Of a DNA stretch of 64,000 nucleotides, positions 37,195 to 50,809 are shown in pieces. The position numbers and the translations under genes were made by a program. The stretch is taken from the NCBI GenBank assembly GCA_013239625.1, contig MU054001.1, positions 2,610,151 to 2,674,150 of the forward strand. Direction: 5' to 3'. This DNA is from Lama guanicoe (taxonomy: Eukaryota). The notes beneath the pieces were generated by a model. The model was not told the DNA's origin and made no database searches. It was given only the letters and a program-made list of their open reading frames with translations. Positions within the stretch are counted from its first letter, which is position 1; each line of letters starts with the position of its first letter.

Positions 37195-40100
37195 ATTGTA
37201 ATGCTCTTGAGCAGCCATAGAAAATGCATGCACATAGATTAAAAATATATAAAGAAGAAAAAATGAAATTCTAAAAAGTACTCAATGAATACAAAAGAAG
37301 GCAGGAAAGGAGGATCAAGGATCAGAGAATAGTAGAAGAAAAATGGGGGGAAAAACCCTCCAAAATACTATATTTAAACCCAATCTTTATCAATAGATAT
37401 TTACATTTAAAGGGGAAAAAATAGTTCAGTTACAAAGCCAGAATTATCAGAATGGATAACCACTAACTACAACCTAAAAATGATGCACCTTAAATATAAA
37501 ATTGCAGGTAGATTAAAAGTCAAAAGAGGAAAAAGATATACCATGCAAACACTACTCATTAGAAAATGGTATGCCTCTGTTAATCAAAGATTTTAAAACA
37601 GGAAATATTACCAGACATAAGAGGGAGATATTTCATAAGAATAGGGCCAATTCATGAGCAAGAGATAACAATCCTAAATGTATGTGTGTCTAATAGTGCA
37701 TCAAACTACATGCAACAAACATTGACAGAACTAAAGGGAGAAGTAGATCAATCCACAATCAGAGTTGGTGTCCTCAACACTTCTTTCTCAGTAACTAACA
37801 GAAAAGGAGACAAAAAAAATAAAAAAATGATATAGATGATTCAAACAGCACTATCAACCAACATGACTTAATAGACGTACAAAATTCTTACAATCACTAG
37901 ATGCAGAATACACGTTCTTATTAAGGCTACATAAAAGGCTAAGCAAGATAGATTCTGGACCATAAAACAAATCCTCCAAAATTTCAAAAATCAAAATAAT
38001 ACAAAATAGGTTCTTTGGCCATGATAAAATTAAATTAGAAATCAGTAATAACAAGTATCTACTAATTCTCCAAGTATTTAAAAACAGTACTAAATAACCC
38101 ATGATTCAAGGAAGAAGTCATAAAGGAAGTCAGAAAATAGTTTGAACTACAATGATAATAAAAACAGATATCAAAAATTTGCAGGGTACATATAAAGTGG
38201 TGCTAACACAAAATCATATTTTTAAATGCTTATGCTAGCAAAGAAGGCAGATCTAAAATAAATTATATAAGCTTTTACCTTAAAAAGCTAGGAAAAATAG
38301 AGCAACTAAGGCTGAAGGAAGGAAATAGTAAACATAAAAATGGGAAACAATAGATGTATGTCAAGTACAAAAGTTGATTGCTAAACAAATATTAACAAAG
38401 TTGACAAATTGCTAACAAGACTGATCAAGAAGGAAGAGAGAAAACACAAAATCAATGTTAAGAATTAAACGGTATCACAATAGCTCCTTTATGCCACCAA
38501 ACTTTACAACATTCTTTAAAAATGCAGTTTATCCGATTAAAGAACAGATAGATGACCTGAATAGCTCTAAATATTCATAAAAAATTGAACTCATATTAAA
38601 ATTCTTTTTACAAAGAGAATTTGTGTCCAACAACTTCATTGGTGAAGTCTATTAAATTTTTAAGGAAAAAATAATTCTAATCTTACAGAAACTCATTTAA
38701 AAAATAGAGGAAGAGGGATTTTTCTGACTCATTTTATAAAGTCAGCATAACAAAACTTAACAAGGATATTGCAAGAAAAGAAAACTGCAGGTCATAATCA
38801 CTCATTGAATAGTTTAAAAAATCCTTAATACAATATTAGCAATTAGTAAAGCAATATATAAAAAGTATAATACATCACAACCAAGTGGACTTAATCTAGG
38901 CATGTATGGTTTTTTAACATTCAAAAACGAGTGTAATTCACCATGTTTATAGAGTAAAAGAGAAAAATCTCATGATAATCTCAAGAGTTGGAGGAAAAGC
39001 ATTTGGCAAAATCCAACACACTTTTATAACTACAAAAAAAAGGAAGAAGAACCTCTAAGCAAATTAAGAATAGAAAAGAATTTCCTTAACCTAATATAGG
39101 GCATCTCTGAAAAATATGTCATCATTCTTAAATGGTGAAATACTGAGAACATTAATGTCATTTGTTAACATAATTCTTAACGGTAAAATACTGAAAACAT
39201 TCATCCTGTGATTGAGAACAGGCAAATATTTCTACTCTAAACCATTTCTCCTCAACATTTTACTGGAGTTAAGTGCAATAAAACATTGATAATAATGAAG
39301 TAAAACTATCACAATAATATGATTACATATAAAAAAATCTTAAAAAAATAGTAGATTTGATATGTGAATTCAGCAAGGTCTCAGTAAAGAGTTAATGTAC
39401 TAAAATCAATTGGAAAATAGAATTTTAAATATATAATTCGTAACAACTTAAAACCAACCAATATCTAGAAATGAATTTAACAAAATATATAAAAGACTTC
39501 TACACTGAAATGTATAAAATGTTGTTGTGGAAAAAGTAAGGACCTAAATAAATATGGTTTTACCATGCTTATGGAGTTGGAATACTCAATATTATAAAGA
39601 AGTCAGATTTCACCCAAACTGATCTGTAAATTTAATGTAATTCCAATCAAAATTTCATCAGGCTTTTTTTTTTGTAGAAATAAATAAGCTGCTAATAAAA
39701 TTTATATAGAAATATAAAGAACCTAAAATAGCCAAAACAATATTGAAAAAGAAGAACAAAGTTGGAAGACTTATCCTACCTGATTTTAAGATTTACTATA
39801 AAGCTACAGAAATCAAGACAGTGTAACACTAGTGTGAGGATAGACAAATAGATCAATGGAACAAAAAAGAAAGTCCAGAAACAGATCCACACATATACAG
39901 TCAATTGATTTTTCAAGAAAACACCAATGCAGTTCACTCAGAGAAGGGAAGTTTTTTAAACAAATGATACTGGATAACTGGATGTCTATATAAGAAGAAA
40001 ACTGAGCAGCAACTCATACCTCAAACTATACACAAAACTGGAAATAGATTTCAACTCAAAATGTAAAAGCTGAAACTATAAAGCTCTTAGACAAAAAAAT

Positions 40101-41170
40101 AGATGCATATCTTTGTGACCTGAGCATAGGCAAAGCTTTTTTAGATAGAATGCAAAATGTAAAAATCATAAAAGAAAAAGATAATAAACTTGACTTCATC
40201 AAAATTAATATCTGTTTCTCAGTAGTCAATGGGGAAAACATTTACAATATTTTCTACTCCATATGTATCCACAAGAACTTTTATCTGGAATATATAAAGA
40301 ACTCCTACAAATAAATAACACCAAAAAAGAAACAACCCAATAAAAAATGATCAAAGGGCTTAAAAATTTCACAAAAGAGGCTCTATGACGAACCACTAAA
40401 TTTATGAAAATATGGTCAACATTGTAAGCCTGCTGGGAAATGCAAATTAAAATCACAATAAGAAACTATTATGTATTTACCAAAATCTATAAAATTTGAA
40501 AAGGCTAGCAATATCTGATGCTGGAAAGGATGCAGAGCAACTGGATTGTGCATGTGGTGGAGATATAAAATTATACAACCACTTTGGAAAACTGGCAGTT
40601 TCTTATTTTAATGTATACCTGCTCTATGGTCCTGCCATTCAACTTCTACCTATTTACTCAAGAGAAATGGAAGCATATTTCTACAAAATGACTTGTGCAA
40701 GAATGTTCATTACAGCTTTATTCATGATAGTAAAATATCCAAAATAACATGTTTCCATTTTTTTTTGTCCATCAACAAGAAAATGGATAAACAAATTGTG
40801 GTAAATCCATGCAACAGAATAGTGTGCACCAAAAAATGAATAAATTACACATTCATACAACACATGGGTAAATGTCAAAAACATTATGATGAGTCAATAA
40901 GTCAGGATACAAGATAGTTCACACAGTATGTTTCAGTTTACATCAAATTAAAGGACAGGCAGAACCAGTCTATGAGGATAGAAATCGGAATAGTGGTCAC
41001 CTCTGGTGGAAAGAGGGGTAAAAACTGGTAAGAGACAAAAAAGAACTTTCTGGGATGATGGTAATGTTCTATACCTTGATTTAAGTGATACTTAAATGAG
41101 TACATATATTTGCCAAAATTTATTGGAAGGTACATTGAGGATCTGTGCATTTTACTGTGTGTACTTAAAT
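37195..41170 (+). mobile_element. 5'-truncated old L1 (L1ME/MD-type): ORF2 endonuclease, RT and 3' UTR, fully decayed
   Basis: A-rich sense strand; aaaagatataccatgcaaac (EN), ttatcctacctgattttaagatttactataaagctaca, gatcaatggaac, 3' UTR gggatgatggtaatgttctatacc; many stops and frameshifts. Confidence 0.95.
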
Positions 41171-41184
41171 CTAAGAAGGGAGTG

Positions 41185-42378
41185 TATCAATACCTATTGT
41201 GTGTAAGCGCTGTGCTAGATCCTGGGGGTAGGCTAGTGAGCAAACACAGCCATAGTCCTTGTTTTTGTGGAGCTTAGGAGGAGAGGGAGAAAAAGACATC
41301 AGTGAAAAAATCATGCACTTGAAATTTTGAAAATTTGAAAAATACAGATAAGTGAAATATTTGAGCAGGAAGGTGAGAGTGCAGCAGATATGAATAGTCC
41401 CTAAACTCAGATGTTCAACAAGTGTCACATTCTTTTTTTAAAAAATTGTCATAGTTGTCTCCCATCTGGGTAGGTGGGAAGATCCATCTCTGTCTGCCTT
41501 GGGGCTGCCTCCTCCTGTTCACTCCAGACCCAGGGAACTCTGGTGGCACCTGGACAGTGCAGTAAGGGCCTCCAGGTTCCAAGCTTTCATGGCTTTCACG
41601 GTCATTGCTGTTATCTTTTTTGTCCATGCAGAAGTGTCCTTGAAGGTCAGAGTCATGTTGCTATTGGACTCATAAGAAGTTCTCTAGAAACACCATGCAG
41701 CCATCCTTTGGAAGTCTTGCCATCTCTTGGGGGGAGGGGGAGGCGGCTGTTTGGGAGCAAGGAGAAAGTCTCTACTGCTTATAGGATCTCTCACTCTCTC
41801 TTGCTCTCTATTTCTGTCTCCTCTCTGAAGGTCTACCACTATCTCTTCAATGGGCTTAAACTGCTGGCAAAGACAGGATGCTTTTGCTCTCTGCTCTGCA
41901 AAACTTGGTAATGCAAGGAAGAACAGAAAGGCCAAACTGCAAGCTTGAAATGTGAGGAAGAGAGAAAAATCACATATGTATAGGTAACAAAAATTTTCAA
42001 TAAATTATCCTACCCAATATTATATACTAGAGCAAAGTGATTCAGTTTGGGAGGCCAAGAAAGAGTTTCTCTGAGGAATTAATGATTGGATTAAATTTCT
42101 CAAAGAGGTGGAATTAACTATGAAAGATGAGGCGAGGGAAGGAGTGTAGGATGGGATGGGGGAAGGAGTGTTTCAGGAAGTAGGACAGCGTATGTAAAGG
42201 CCCTGTGGTGACAGGGAGCATTCAAGGAACTGAAAGGAGGCCAGTGGAGCTGCCAGACAGTGAGCAAAGCAGTGGGGTACGTGATGAGACCAGAGTGGCA
42301 GGCAGGGCCCAGACCTGGAAAGGCCAATATTTCCATTCTTATCTTAGGGTAAATGGGAAGCCATTGGAGGGTTTCAAA
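41185..42378 (-). mobile_element. L2a fragment split by a ~0.6-kb insertion
   Basis: L2 motifs at 41185-41400 resume at about 42035 (gggaggccaagaaagagtttctctgagg...aaaggccctgtgg...gggaagccattggagggttt). Confidence 0.75.
41423..41990. mobile_element. Unassigned LTR-like insertion inside L2
   Basis: Begins tgtcaca, may end ..taaca, interrupts L2; family not identified with confidence. Confidence 0.35.
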
Positions 42379-44474
42379 TTTCTCTTTTTACTCCTCTATT
42401 TTAAAAAAAGTATGTTTGTCTATAGTTTTATTAAAGGCATGGCTGATCCTCAGTTCTACCCACTGCTAAGGCTGTTCCTAAATGGAGTCAGGAAGCCCCA
42501 GCACATCCTTTTTGTCTTTGTGGATTCAGAAGGGCCACTGACCTCAGAGATGGGTGTACCTACCAATATGGGTAATGTTGTATTCCAGCCAACTCTTACT
42601 ACTGCATATTTCTGCAACTTGGGATACATGAGCATTTTCCCAGTTGATTCGAAGTAGTTAGGTGAAATGGCTGGAGAAATAAAAGTAATTTAGGTTATAA
42701 ATGAGAATGCTAACCATATGATAGGTTGCTATAAAGGAAGACCAACATTAATGTGCTGTAATATGCAATTTGAACTTGCAGAGGAGTGAATTATGTACTG
42801 CAATAATAAGGAGGCAAAAAAGTTATATGAGTACTTATTGTAGTGACAGCTATTTCTACAGTGAGGTTTTTACACTCTGAGTGCATGTCTGTGCATAATT
42901 TCCATATGCTTCCCAGGTATCATATGTTATATCTAAAGACAGAAAGAGGTTAATGTCCAAAGGAGGAAAAATCTGCTATTAAACTCATTAATTTGAGAGT
43001 TCTGGTTGTAGAACAATTGTGAAAGACAATTATTTCTTGGCTTGAATGTGATCTTTTGCTGTAATTCTAAACGAGAATGTGTGAAAATATTGAGTGCATC
43101 TGCTAAGTGAAGCAAAATGTAGAGTGAAACTTTATTTATTTAACCTTATCTTGTGAGTAATAAGGATGGGGAATCTATGAAGAAGGGAAGAGTCCTTCTT
43201 AAAATAGAAGCTGAAAGTGGGTATAAAATGGAGTGATGTACTTAAAACACTGAATAGAATCTGTTTTAATTTCTGTTTTCTAACACCTTCAAGTACTTTA
43301 GAAGCACAAATTTACATATCAGTTATAAATCAGTCACTTATCCCAAAAGTATTTTTATTAGGCAATAGCTTGAACTTGTTATCATAGTTTGAATGACTGT
43401 ATGTTCCTAAAAGTAACACAGCCAGCTGCATTTCTTTAGATATATTGCAGAATTTTTTTTCCTCACTCAGAATGAATGTCCTACTTTCCAAAGCAATTCT
43501 GCCCAGTGAAGCATTGGTCTAAGTGGGAGAATTCCAAACTCACATCGTTGGCTGGCAGACACTGATGACCACAGGGAGCCAGAAGGCTGGGCCACTGGGC
43601 CAGTAGGAAGAGTATTGTGCCAGAGGCCTGAGCACTGTGTTTGAATTCTGCCATTGTCACTTGACGGAGAGTAACTGGGCTGCACAGCACCATCACAGGT
43701 CTCTGGTATCTAGCTTCTGCCGAGTTCCAAATCACTGCTCGGAAGTCATTCCACTTGTCCCTACTAAGCTCCATTCTTTTCATCAGTAAGTTGACTGCCC
43801 CAAACTTTAAACATTTGGCCTTTGCCTAGCTCATCAAATCTCACAGAGGATAGCGGGGAAGCATAAAGGGGGCAGTTCTCTCGTAGACCTCCATCCTTAA
43901 GGTCCTATATAAGTGGTGTCTTGTTTCTCCTTTCTTACCTCTCCTGCTAACTAACCCTCCCACTTACCCATTCTCTTTACAGTCATTCGTTTTCACTGTT
44001 CCTTCGCTGGCTCCTTCTCCCTCTTCAGCTCTCCTCACCATTTCTCTCCTACCCTGAAAGAACTCTTGCCCTGCAGAATTCACAAGTTCACCTTCTGGCT
44101 GTTGCCACCTTCCTATTTTGCAAACTGGCATCTTCTGTTGTGTAGCAGGACAGGTGGGGCAGGTACCTATCAAGCTAGGACCTGGGCAGAGTTTTCGAGA
44201 CTCTGACTCTCCTCGCCAGCCTTCCTTACCAAGCAGGTGTCCAGCTACACTCTATTGATTGCATCCCTTTCCCTGGTAAGTCTTCTTTTCCCCCTCTCTG
44301 ATTTTTATTTGGTATTGTTAATGGATTTTTCCATTATGTAAAAATATGCTGACTTTAAAAAGCTATGTGTCACATATGTTCATTATGAAAAAATAGGTAT
44401 TTATTAGCAAAGAGTAGAAGATAAAACTTCCCTTTTTTCCTTCCAGATACCTTATGCATATAAACACACATCAG

Positions 44475-44720
44475 CAGTATGCTGTTAAGCATGGACTATG
44501 GGACAGAGTATGTGAATTTGAAAGCCAAGCTTTGCCACTTATTAACTGTGTGACCTCAGGCACATTAGTAACCTCTCTGTGTCCCAGCAGTTTCCTCTTT
44601 AAAATGAAGTAAAAATAATAACATCACTGGGGTTATAAGGATGAGTGAATTAATATTTATAAAGTGTTTAGAGCCACACCTGGAATGAAGAAAGCCCTTG
44701 ATAAATGTACTACTATCATG
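44475..44720 (+). mobile_element. MIR
   Basis: agctttgccacttattaactgtgtgacctcaggc..taacctctctgtgtcc..gtttcctc. Confidence 0.85.
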
Positions 44721-46200
44721 TCATTTGTAAAGAAATTAGACCATGCTACATGTGCAATTTTACAGCTTGCTTTTTCACTTAAAATATGTTTGAACATTTT
44801 TCGTGTCATTCATTTTATGTCAATGAATGACTAATCTGAATGTCATATTATACTTTAAGCATATTGTTTTAAATGAGTGTATAATACTCCACTGTGTAGC
44901 TGAACTTAAACTTATTAATGTTCATTAGATGAATTGTTTCCAGTTTTGTAATTCAAACAACACAACGGTTAACATCCTAGTCCATGCCTTACATCTTTTT
45001 ACATATCCCTGGTTTCTAGGAATGAGATTTATGGGTCAACAGATATGCACATTTTTAAGATTTGATTTAAATTGCTAAAATGATCTACAGCTTATACTTC
45101 CATCAGTAGAGTAAGGCAGTGTTTTTTTTTTGTTTGTTTTGTTTTGTTTTACCATTAATCCCTTCAAGGACCCACAGGAACTTTACATTCATTTTATTTC
45201 ATTATGTCTGATGTGGCTAACTTTTCTGCATACATGACTTTCTAATAGACATTGTGCCAAATATTGATTTTCAGATTGTCATAACAAGTCTTAGCCATGA
45301 ACTTTTAAGGAAAGTTCCCTAGATTGGATAAAGATCTTAGGAAGGCCTTGAAAATATGGCTAAACCCAAGGGGGTGCTCTTAATGAAAAGGTTCTCAAAT
45401 TTAGCTGCATATTAGAACTTCCTGAGGAAACTTAAAAAAATTTACCAATGTTTGAGCCTAGACTCAGTGCGTCTGGGGCAGGACCCAGGCACTGAATGGT
45501 TCAAAAAGCTCTCCAGATGATTGTGATGTACTATCTGGATTAAAGACATTAGTGGATTGAGTTTCATTAACTACAGATGAGATTATCTGAATTCATCACT
45601 TCTGTTTCCTTACACCTGCTGTTGCTGTCATCTTGGTGCCACCATTCAGTCATTTCCTTCTTTCCTTGTGAATATAAAATTAACTATTTCAAAAAATTGG
45701 CAGTACCTAGAACCTCAGGTAAAATATGTTGTTTATATTCACTTTTCTCTTTCGGTTATGCTGTAGACACCATCCTAATATTAATCTTACTCCTATCCCA
45801 TCAGTCATCTCCCTTTGATCAGACCTTTCCTTCAGGACACTAATTATCTATCTTTTTAGGTGATTCCACCTACTATAGTGCTTCATAAGTTGAGTGTGAT
45901 GTAAATGTCATTGGTTCTGTTTTGTTGTTTTTATAAGGCAGCCTCAGAACTGGTTGTGTTTGTTGGAAATGTGCATTCTTAATGGGGCTCACTGAACCAG
46001 AGACCTGACTCTTTTGGAATTTTACAAGCTGTGGGAAACCTCTTAGGTAATGATTCTCATGTAAAACTAGGAAAGGCATTTGACAAAAATGCTTTGCAAT
46101 AGCATGTTCTTGAGTTTTCACAAGTTTATTCAAAAAGAATTACAAAGAGCTAATCTCCCTACAAAAAGATATATAATTGTACTCTATAATTAAAGAAACA

Positions 46201-46285
46201 GGGTGGGTATTGCTCAGTGGTACAGTGCATGCTTAGCAGGCATGCAGTCCTGGATTCAATCCCCAGTGCTTCCATTAAAAAAAAA
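46201..46285 (+). mobile_element. tRNA-Ala-derived SINE (camelid Vic-1 type)
   Basis: gggtgggtattgctcagtggtacagtgcatgcttagcaggcatgcagtcctggattcaatccccagtgcttcca plus A tail; A and B boxes, AGC anticodon loop. Confidence 0.85.
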
Positions 46286-46334
46286 GTCGGAAACAAATTG
46301 GCAATGGCATGTAGTTATTAATAACTCACTAATA

Positions 46335-47100
46335 AGTCAGATTTATATCTGAGTCCGCTTAACAGGAGTGTAAGGGAATAGGTACTCTTACAACTTTTGG
46401 TGAAAATGTGAATTAGTAAGACCATTTTTAAAAGTAATCTGGCAGTATTTACTAAAATTAAAAGTGGGGGGGAGGGTAGAGCACACGCTTAGCATGCACG
46501 AGGTCCTGGGTTCAATCCCCAGGACAGGATCTCCACTGAAAAACCAAAGAAATAAATAAACCTAATTATCTACCCCTGTGCAATCAATCAATCAATCAAT
46601 CAATATGAATATTTCCTTAGACCCAGAAATTCCATATCTAGGAAATTGCTTTATGGAATTATTGTAAACCTATACCAAGACATATATACAAGGTCATTCA
46701 TTTGAGCATTGAGTGTAATACCAAAACATTGGTAACAGCCTACATGTTCATCAGCAGGGGACTGGCTGTATAAATATGGCAGTGCCATTCAGCTGTTAAA
46801 AGTATGTGTGAGTGGTATGCATGAACATGGAAATATTCCCATGATGCAAAATCGAGCAAAATTAGCAAACTATAGAACAGTCTCAAGGATTGCCTTTCTG
46901 AAAATTTTTAAATAAAATTATAAATGTGGTTTAATGTCCTTTTCATCTGGAAAGATAAATGAGCAACTGCTAACAATAACTATCTATGATATGCAAAAGG
47001 GTTGAGGGGGGAAGAGAGAGACTTGTGCATTTTAATTTTATACCGTTATCTACTTTATTGATTTTTAAACCACATTTATATGTTATTTCTCTTTCAAAAA
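46335..47100 (+). mobile_element. Old L1ME 3' region, host of the second SINE
   Basis: ggtgaaaatgtgaattagta..ctggcagtatttactaaaatt | gacccagaaattcca..ctaggaaatt..atgttcatcagcaggggactgg. Confidence 0.75.
46466..46604 (+). mobile_element. Vic-1-type SINE with an internal A-box deletion and (CAAT)n tail
   Basis: gggagggtagagcacacgcttagcatgcacgaggtcctgggttcaatcccca...aaataaataaacctaatta..caatcaatcaat. Confidence 0.85.
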
Positions 47101-48024
47101 TTTGGTTAAAAAAATTATGACAGTTGTGGGGTTTGCTGAACCACTGTGCAATTTGAAAAAAATGCGGAGTGAAACAATCACAGTAAATGCTTTACGGTTA
47201 TTTTTGAGGGGTTAATGAGGAAGAACACCACGTTTGATGTTAAGTGGTCTGGCACAGCATTCCCCTTGAGTTAATTGTTCTTCAAAGCATGTGTTTCAAA
47301 AGTGATTCTCTGGTGAGTGTACAATAATTGATTATATTATTCTGTATGTTTTTGGTATATCTAAAACATTTTTAAAAAGTTACTCTCCTATTGTGTCAAA
47401 CCATTTAGTGATTTGGAAAAGGAAGTTAGGATTGGTGAACAGATTTTTCTCTGCCATCCTTTGTTTCTCTGCCCTCGGTACGTTGTAAGCTTTAGGGAAG
47501 TATCAAATAGAGTGATTTAGCATTAGGGCCTTTCTCATTGTTTTAATTGCAGTCTGTGTCACAAATACTCAGATATCTAGAATAAAAAACAACAGCAACA
47601 GGTCTTTTCATGAATTTCTTGTTGACTCTTGAAAAGTAGTATTTCAAAAAAACACACCAACCAAGGTATTCATCTCTAATGACAACCTTGCTCTCCTCCC
47701 TGTCTCTCTCCTCTCTGTCCCTGTTCCTTCCTACCCTGTGACTTCCTCATCAGTGTTCACTGTACCCATGTTTCCTTCCCACTGCCCCGGCCCTGTATGA
47801 AACAATGCCTGGATTAAAGAGCAGAAACTCTTACTGTTTCCTACTAATCCATCCTGCAAAACCTGCTAGTATCATTTCCCTAAAATGCTGTTTTATCCTA
47901 GTGGCTCTGATTCTGTGTCAACAGAGGTTCCCTGTGAGGTTGAGCCCATAATCCTTAGTCTGTATTCAAACTCATTCTAAATCCAGGAAATTTTTCTTGA
48001 TTGAACTGAGGACTCCCACCTCCT

Positions 48025-48028
<4 letters not shown>

Positions 48029-48056
<28 letters not shown>
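48029..48056. repeat. (AC)14 microsatellite
   Basis: Directly visible. Confidence 0.95.
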
Positions 48057-48060
<4 letters not shown>

Positions 48061-50809
48061 TCTCACAGTCACACTCACACTTACAGATTGTTCTTATTGG
48101 ATCCAAGTCCTCACCAGTGAACTGAATTTCATGGTATTTTGAACTTAGTGATAAGGTGTTTTTAATGATTATCTAAATGGTGGGATGTAAATTTATATAA
48201 GCACACATGCACGCAGGGTACACCAAGACATTCTCAAGACTTATTTACCAAAAAGAGACTCAGTTGCCCAAAAGAGACCATTTGACTCAGAAGAGACTGA
48301 AATACCAGTAGATGGTATAGTTAAATCCTTTCCCTCGTTTTTTTGACTAGGGTTAAAATCTTATCAAGAATATGTGATCTGCTACAGAAATTGGAGTAGT
48401 CAGTTTCTCTACCTAACTGTAGAATTCTGTGTATATTTTCTGTCCTGTTACACAGGACTGCTCTTGGCAGGTTCCTTGAGGGGTGTGCCTGTGCCTTGTC
48501 TCTTTGGAATCTCCCAGGGCCATATGGACTTCTGAGAACAGTTGCTTGGACACCCAATTTCAGAACTGAGGCCTTGCAGGTTCTGACAGGTACTTACATA
48601 GTCACGCAGCTTACCCCAGGGAGGATGTGCAAATCTGCAAGGTCTTTTGCTGGAGGTAGAGTTCTTGGAAGCTTATGAGGCCATGGTCCTTTCCTCATAG
48701 AAAGTACAGGCTTGTGGAGCTGCCGTTATATACCAGGCCAATGCTCATTGCCTCCTGGGTGTATTCACCATCTTTGGAGTCAACCTCAATCATCATCAGC
48801 ATCATTTTCTCAACCATAGAATAAACGGGGTCTGAACAGTAGCAATGGGGTCCAGAAGCTACTTTCAGTGTCGCAAAAAGCCCAGTAGAAGTTGTATACT
48901 TGCCTTCACTAGCACCGCATTGCTTATTACAGAGTAAATGCAGTTTGTTAGACAAGATTTTTCAAATGTGGAGTTTGCAGAGGAAAATTAATTAAAAGTT
49001 TCCATGGTGGAGCCTAGTTCATCTCTATATCCTTTCCAAGCCCCACTAACGTTCTTTAATTCAGTCCAGGTTGCCCATGAACTTGATAGTCTGGGCAAGA
49101 TACTCTCATTCCACCTGCCAATTTTTGTCTAAAGAGCCTAAACACAGTCTTAGCATTTGGGCAGTGTCTCAGTATTGGGCAAATACTTGATCTGATTTTT
49201 AACAGCATTACCCACCTATCTTGACTCTTTAGTCCTCTGTGTCTGAACCCAGAAGGTTGGTAGGTGCTTCTCCTTCTCCCCTCCCACCCTCCTCCCTTCT
49301 TTCTATTTCCTTCCTTTCAGCTTGGACCTATCAGCATAATTTTCTGTTTGTTTTTATTACTTAGGTCTCTTCTCTGTTTTATGGATGCATCTTCTTGTTT
49401 CTTTCCTTGAAGCTCTGCATATTTTGCTTTCTGCCATTTCCTGGACTCAACTTCATCAACTCGATAGCAGTAAACCCCACTTGTTTTCTTCTTTAAAATG
49501 CTAACAGTTATCTGGATATCAAGTATTAGTGATGCACCAGTCACTGTAGGATGGCTAGATTAGTCTGTGCTTCTTACAGCCCTCCTTATGATTGTTTCCA
49601 GTAATTTGATACATGCATACTAGCTAATAAAGTACAATTAACATTTAATAATAAAAAATATAAAAAGTCAGTTGCACCTCCCTCATAATGATAAGCAAAG
49701 CTATTAATGTTGTGATGTCTTAACAGTTAGCTGCATGAGTGCTAAATGTTGCTTTTAATTAAACAATAAAGAATGCACCGCCCTTTCTGGTATGGTATCA
49801 TTATAAATTTTGATGTGGTACAACAATTTGATTCTTTAAAAATTAATTGCCTAGGAGTATGTTTAAGTAGTATTGATTATGTTGGTACCTTGTGTTGATC
49901 TGTGATACTTAACCCAACATTTAAAATATCTTTTTTCCATTATATGTTGTGATGCAAGAATAAAAGCAAAGTACAAAACAAATAGGCACTTGAATTCTAA
50001 TAGCAATAAGCAATAAATGTCAGGCATCTGGAAATTATGGTTGCAATTTCATCAGAGTACACTTTGTTCTTCTATTATGCCTGCATGAATTTTGCTACAG
50101 GCAAAATCTATTACAGATAACAGTTAAGAACCTTTCTAATCTACACAGATAGTCATGGAAAAAGGCTGGAAAACTAAATGTTGGAAAATGTAATATTGCA
50201 GGGGAAAATTGACACTTGTAGAAAATAATGTGGGCCTATTTAGAACCACAAATGGTAATCATTTCTTTAAGATCATGGTGTGGTGGAGGTTTCTGTGATG
50301 GGTGACCCAGATGAAGGACACAGAACTGGAAATGAATCCTGTTCTGCTGGCTGGTATGCGCGTGTACAGGTAGATGCTTATCTGTAAATTGAGGGGTGGG
50401 GTATGTGCTTAATGATCGCTACCTGAAGTTGTAATTACAAAGTCAGATTGCACATGAGAAGCCTGGGTTTTTTCCACTGCCCTTGGGTACACTGGAGAGG
50501 AATATTTCTATTTTGGGGCCAGCTGACTCCCTTCAGGAGAAAGATTAATTAGTATTCACCATTCTTGATGGCACATAGTGACCCTGGATACTTGCTTGGT
50601 AAATTTACTAACTGAGCTTTCAGGAAATTGGCTCCCAGCTATTAACTTGGATAAATGTCTTTTCTGCACTTAACTCCAGCTTAACCTGCATCTTCTAGGT
50701 CTCAGAGCATTAGAACTGGAGTTTGAAGATGTAGAGTCTGCCATTTCCTTTATTATCCTCATCCCCTTTATTTTCACATCCTTTCAATTTGTGTGAAGCA
50801 TTACCACCT

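Noticed and set aside
43467..43783. Exon-like ORFs on both strands
   Set aside because: The central part resembles a MIR core, and the plus-strand frames close early
46201..46285. tRNA-Ala(AGC) gene
   Set aside because: Mismatched stems, extra 5' bases, an A tail and a second decayed copy nearby show it is a SINE
48695..49544. Two protein-looking minus-strand ORFs (..EVDSKDGEYTQE.., ..RVDEVESRKWQKAKYAELQ..)
   Set aside because: No recognisable family, weak splice signals, no consistent exon chain
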